Part shown: positions 62,470 through 64,000 of the stretch, piece after piece | How positions within the stretch are numbered: the stretch's first letter is position 1 | Layout: the number at the start of each line of letters is the position of its first letter | Assembly: GCF_963921235.1 (NCBI RefSeq) | Contig: NC_086097.1 | Location: forward strand, 240,252,001-240,316,000 | Direction: 5' to 3' | Source of the DNA: Mobula hypostoma | Lineage: Eukaryota | DNA: 64,000 nucleotides | Made by a program: the position numbers and the translations under genes | The notes under the pieces: model-generated | Databases searched by the model: none | Told to the model about the DNA's origin: nothing | The model's input: the letters and a program-made list of their open reading frames with translations, nothing else

Positions 62470-64000
62470 AACCAGGGCCATGCGGAGTAACCGTTGTGTG
62501 AGTGAGTCAGTGTTAGAGTGGGAATGGCTACAGAGGCTATGTTTCTTTGTGATAATTTCAGCCTCACGAATAACCACACCTGCACAAGGTGCACCAAGCT
62601 GCAAATCCTCAAAGCATGTGTTAAGGAAATGGAGCTGCGGCTCGACGACCTTCAGCTCATAGGAAACTGTGCAGGTAATAGGTAGGGCCTACAGGGAGGT
62701 GGTGACCTGCCTGGAGGCAGGTATGTCGGTAACTGTCAGGAGAGGGAAAGGAAATGGGCAGCCAATGCAGAGTGCCCCTGTGGCTGGTCCCCTTAATAAT
62801 GAGTATACTGCTTTGGATTCTATTAGGGGACGACCTACCAGCGGGAAGTCACAGTGACCGTGTCTCTGGCACTGAGTCTCGTCCTGTGACTCAGACAGGG
62901 AAGGGGTAGAAGAGGGCTGCAGTAGTGATAGGGTGTTCCATAATTAGAGGCACACAGATGAGATTCTGTGGACACATTAGAGACACCTGGATGGTACGTT
63001 GACTCCAAATGCCAGAGTCAGAGACACCTTCGATGAGGTCCATTCCATTCTCAAGGGGTGAGCAGCCAGAAGTCTTGGAACATACTGGCACCAATAACAT
63101 AGTTAGAAACAAGGAGTAGGCCATGAAGAGACAATTTAAGGAGCTAGGTAGAAAGCTGAAATCTCCAAGGATTAATATCTGGATTGCTGCCTGGGCCACA
63201 TGCCAGTGAGGGTAAGAATAGAATGATTTCGCAGGTGAATGCGTGGTTCAGGAACTGGTGCAGGGCACAGGGTTTCAGATTTCTGGATCATTGGCATTAC
63301 TTCTGGGGAAGGTATGACGTGTTAAAAAGGGACAGGTTACACCTGAACCCAAGAAGGACAAATACCCTTGTGGGCAGCTTGGCCAGAACTGCTGGGGGAT
63401 AGTTGAAACTAATGTGAGTGATAGATAGGGCTAAGGATGGGGCAGTCCGTTTACAAACAGAGACAGTGTGTAGTGAGATTGTCAGGAAGGACAGGCAGAT
63501 GATAGGGCAAAATTGCAGTCAATGGGATGAGTTGCAGTGTAACATGGGGACAAAATCGAAAAGGGTGATGAATACAGGACTGGAGGTGTGATATTTGAAT
63601 GCACACAGTATACAGAACAAGGTAGATGCTAGTTCTTTATAGATTGGCAGGTATGACAGTGCAGACATCACTGAATCGTGGCTGAAAGAGGATTATAATT
63701 GGGAGCTTAACATCCAAGGATACATATTGTATTGAAAGGACAGAGAGGTAGTCATGGCTCTGTTAGTAAAATATGAAATCAAATACTTTGAAAGATGTGG
63801 CAATGGGAGCAAAAGATGTAGAATCCTTGTGGGTAGAGGTAGGGAACTGTAAAGGTAAAAAGAGTCTGAGAATGGGAGTTATACACAGTCCTCTGAACAG
63901 TAGCCAGGATGCAGGCTACAAATTACGATGGGAGATAGAAAATGCATATCGAAAGGGCAATGTTACAATAGTCATGAGGGATTTCAATATACAGATAGAT
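62470..64000 (+). mobile_element. 5' part of a CR1 LINE: degenerate ORF1 (Zn-finger/leucine zipper + SGNH esterase) and ORF2 APE start; runs off window
   Basis: HTCTRCTKLQILK...ELRLDDL; VVIGCSIIRG (GDS block), HTGTNN, DRLHLN; then YLNAHSIQNK, ITESWL, DFN. Confidence 0.88.

Noticed and set aside
1..64000. CRISPR arrays or prokaryotic operons/defence systems
   Set aside because: Sequence is vertebrate repeat DNA; no repeat-spacer arrays or dense gene packing

Overview
Eukaryotic (vertebrate) repeat-saturated intergenic or intronic DNA with no recognisable intact host gene. The repeat set (V-SINE/HE1-like SINEs, CR1/HER1-like LINEs, Rex1/Babar LINEs, Penelope-like elements) suggests a cartilaginous fish such as a ray or shark; this is inference. 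Contents: many CR1 and Rex1/Babar fragments (all pseudogenised), three solo LTRs, hAT and Tc1 MITEs, RTE-related non-autonomous elements and two GATGGCG-headed non-autonomous families. The most notable system is a Penelope-like (GIY-YIG) family whose 3' module carries a minimal type I hammerhead ribozyme (AGTC-CTGACGA-AGG[GTCTCGG]CCT-GAAA-CG-TC/GACT). About 14 copies occur in the window, 3 with an intact core. Several young insertions are inverted-repeat or very short modules with 13-16 bp TSDs, including a ~1 kb palindrome at 22.9-24.0 kb. Family names come from motif recognition by eye, and boundaries of old repeats are approximate.
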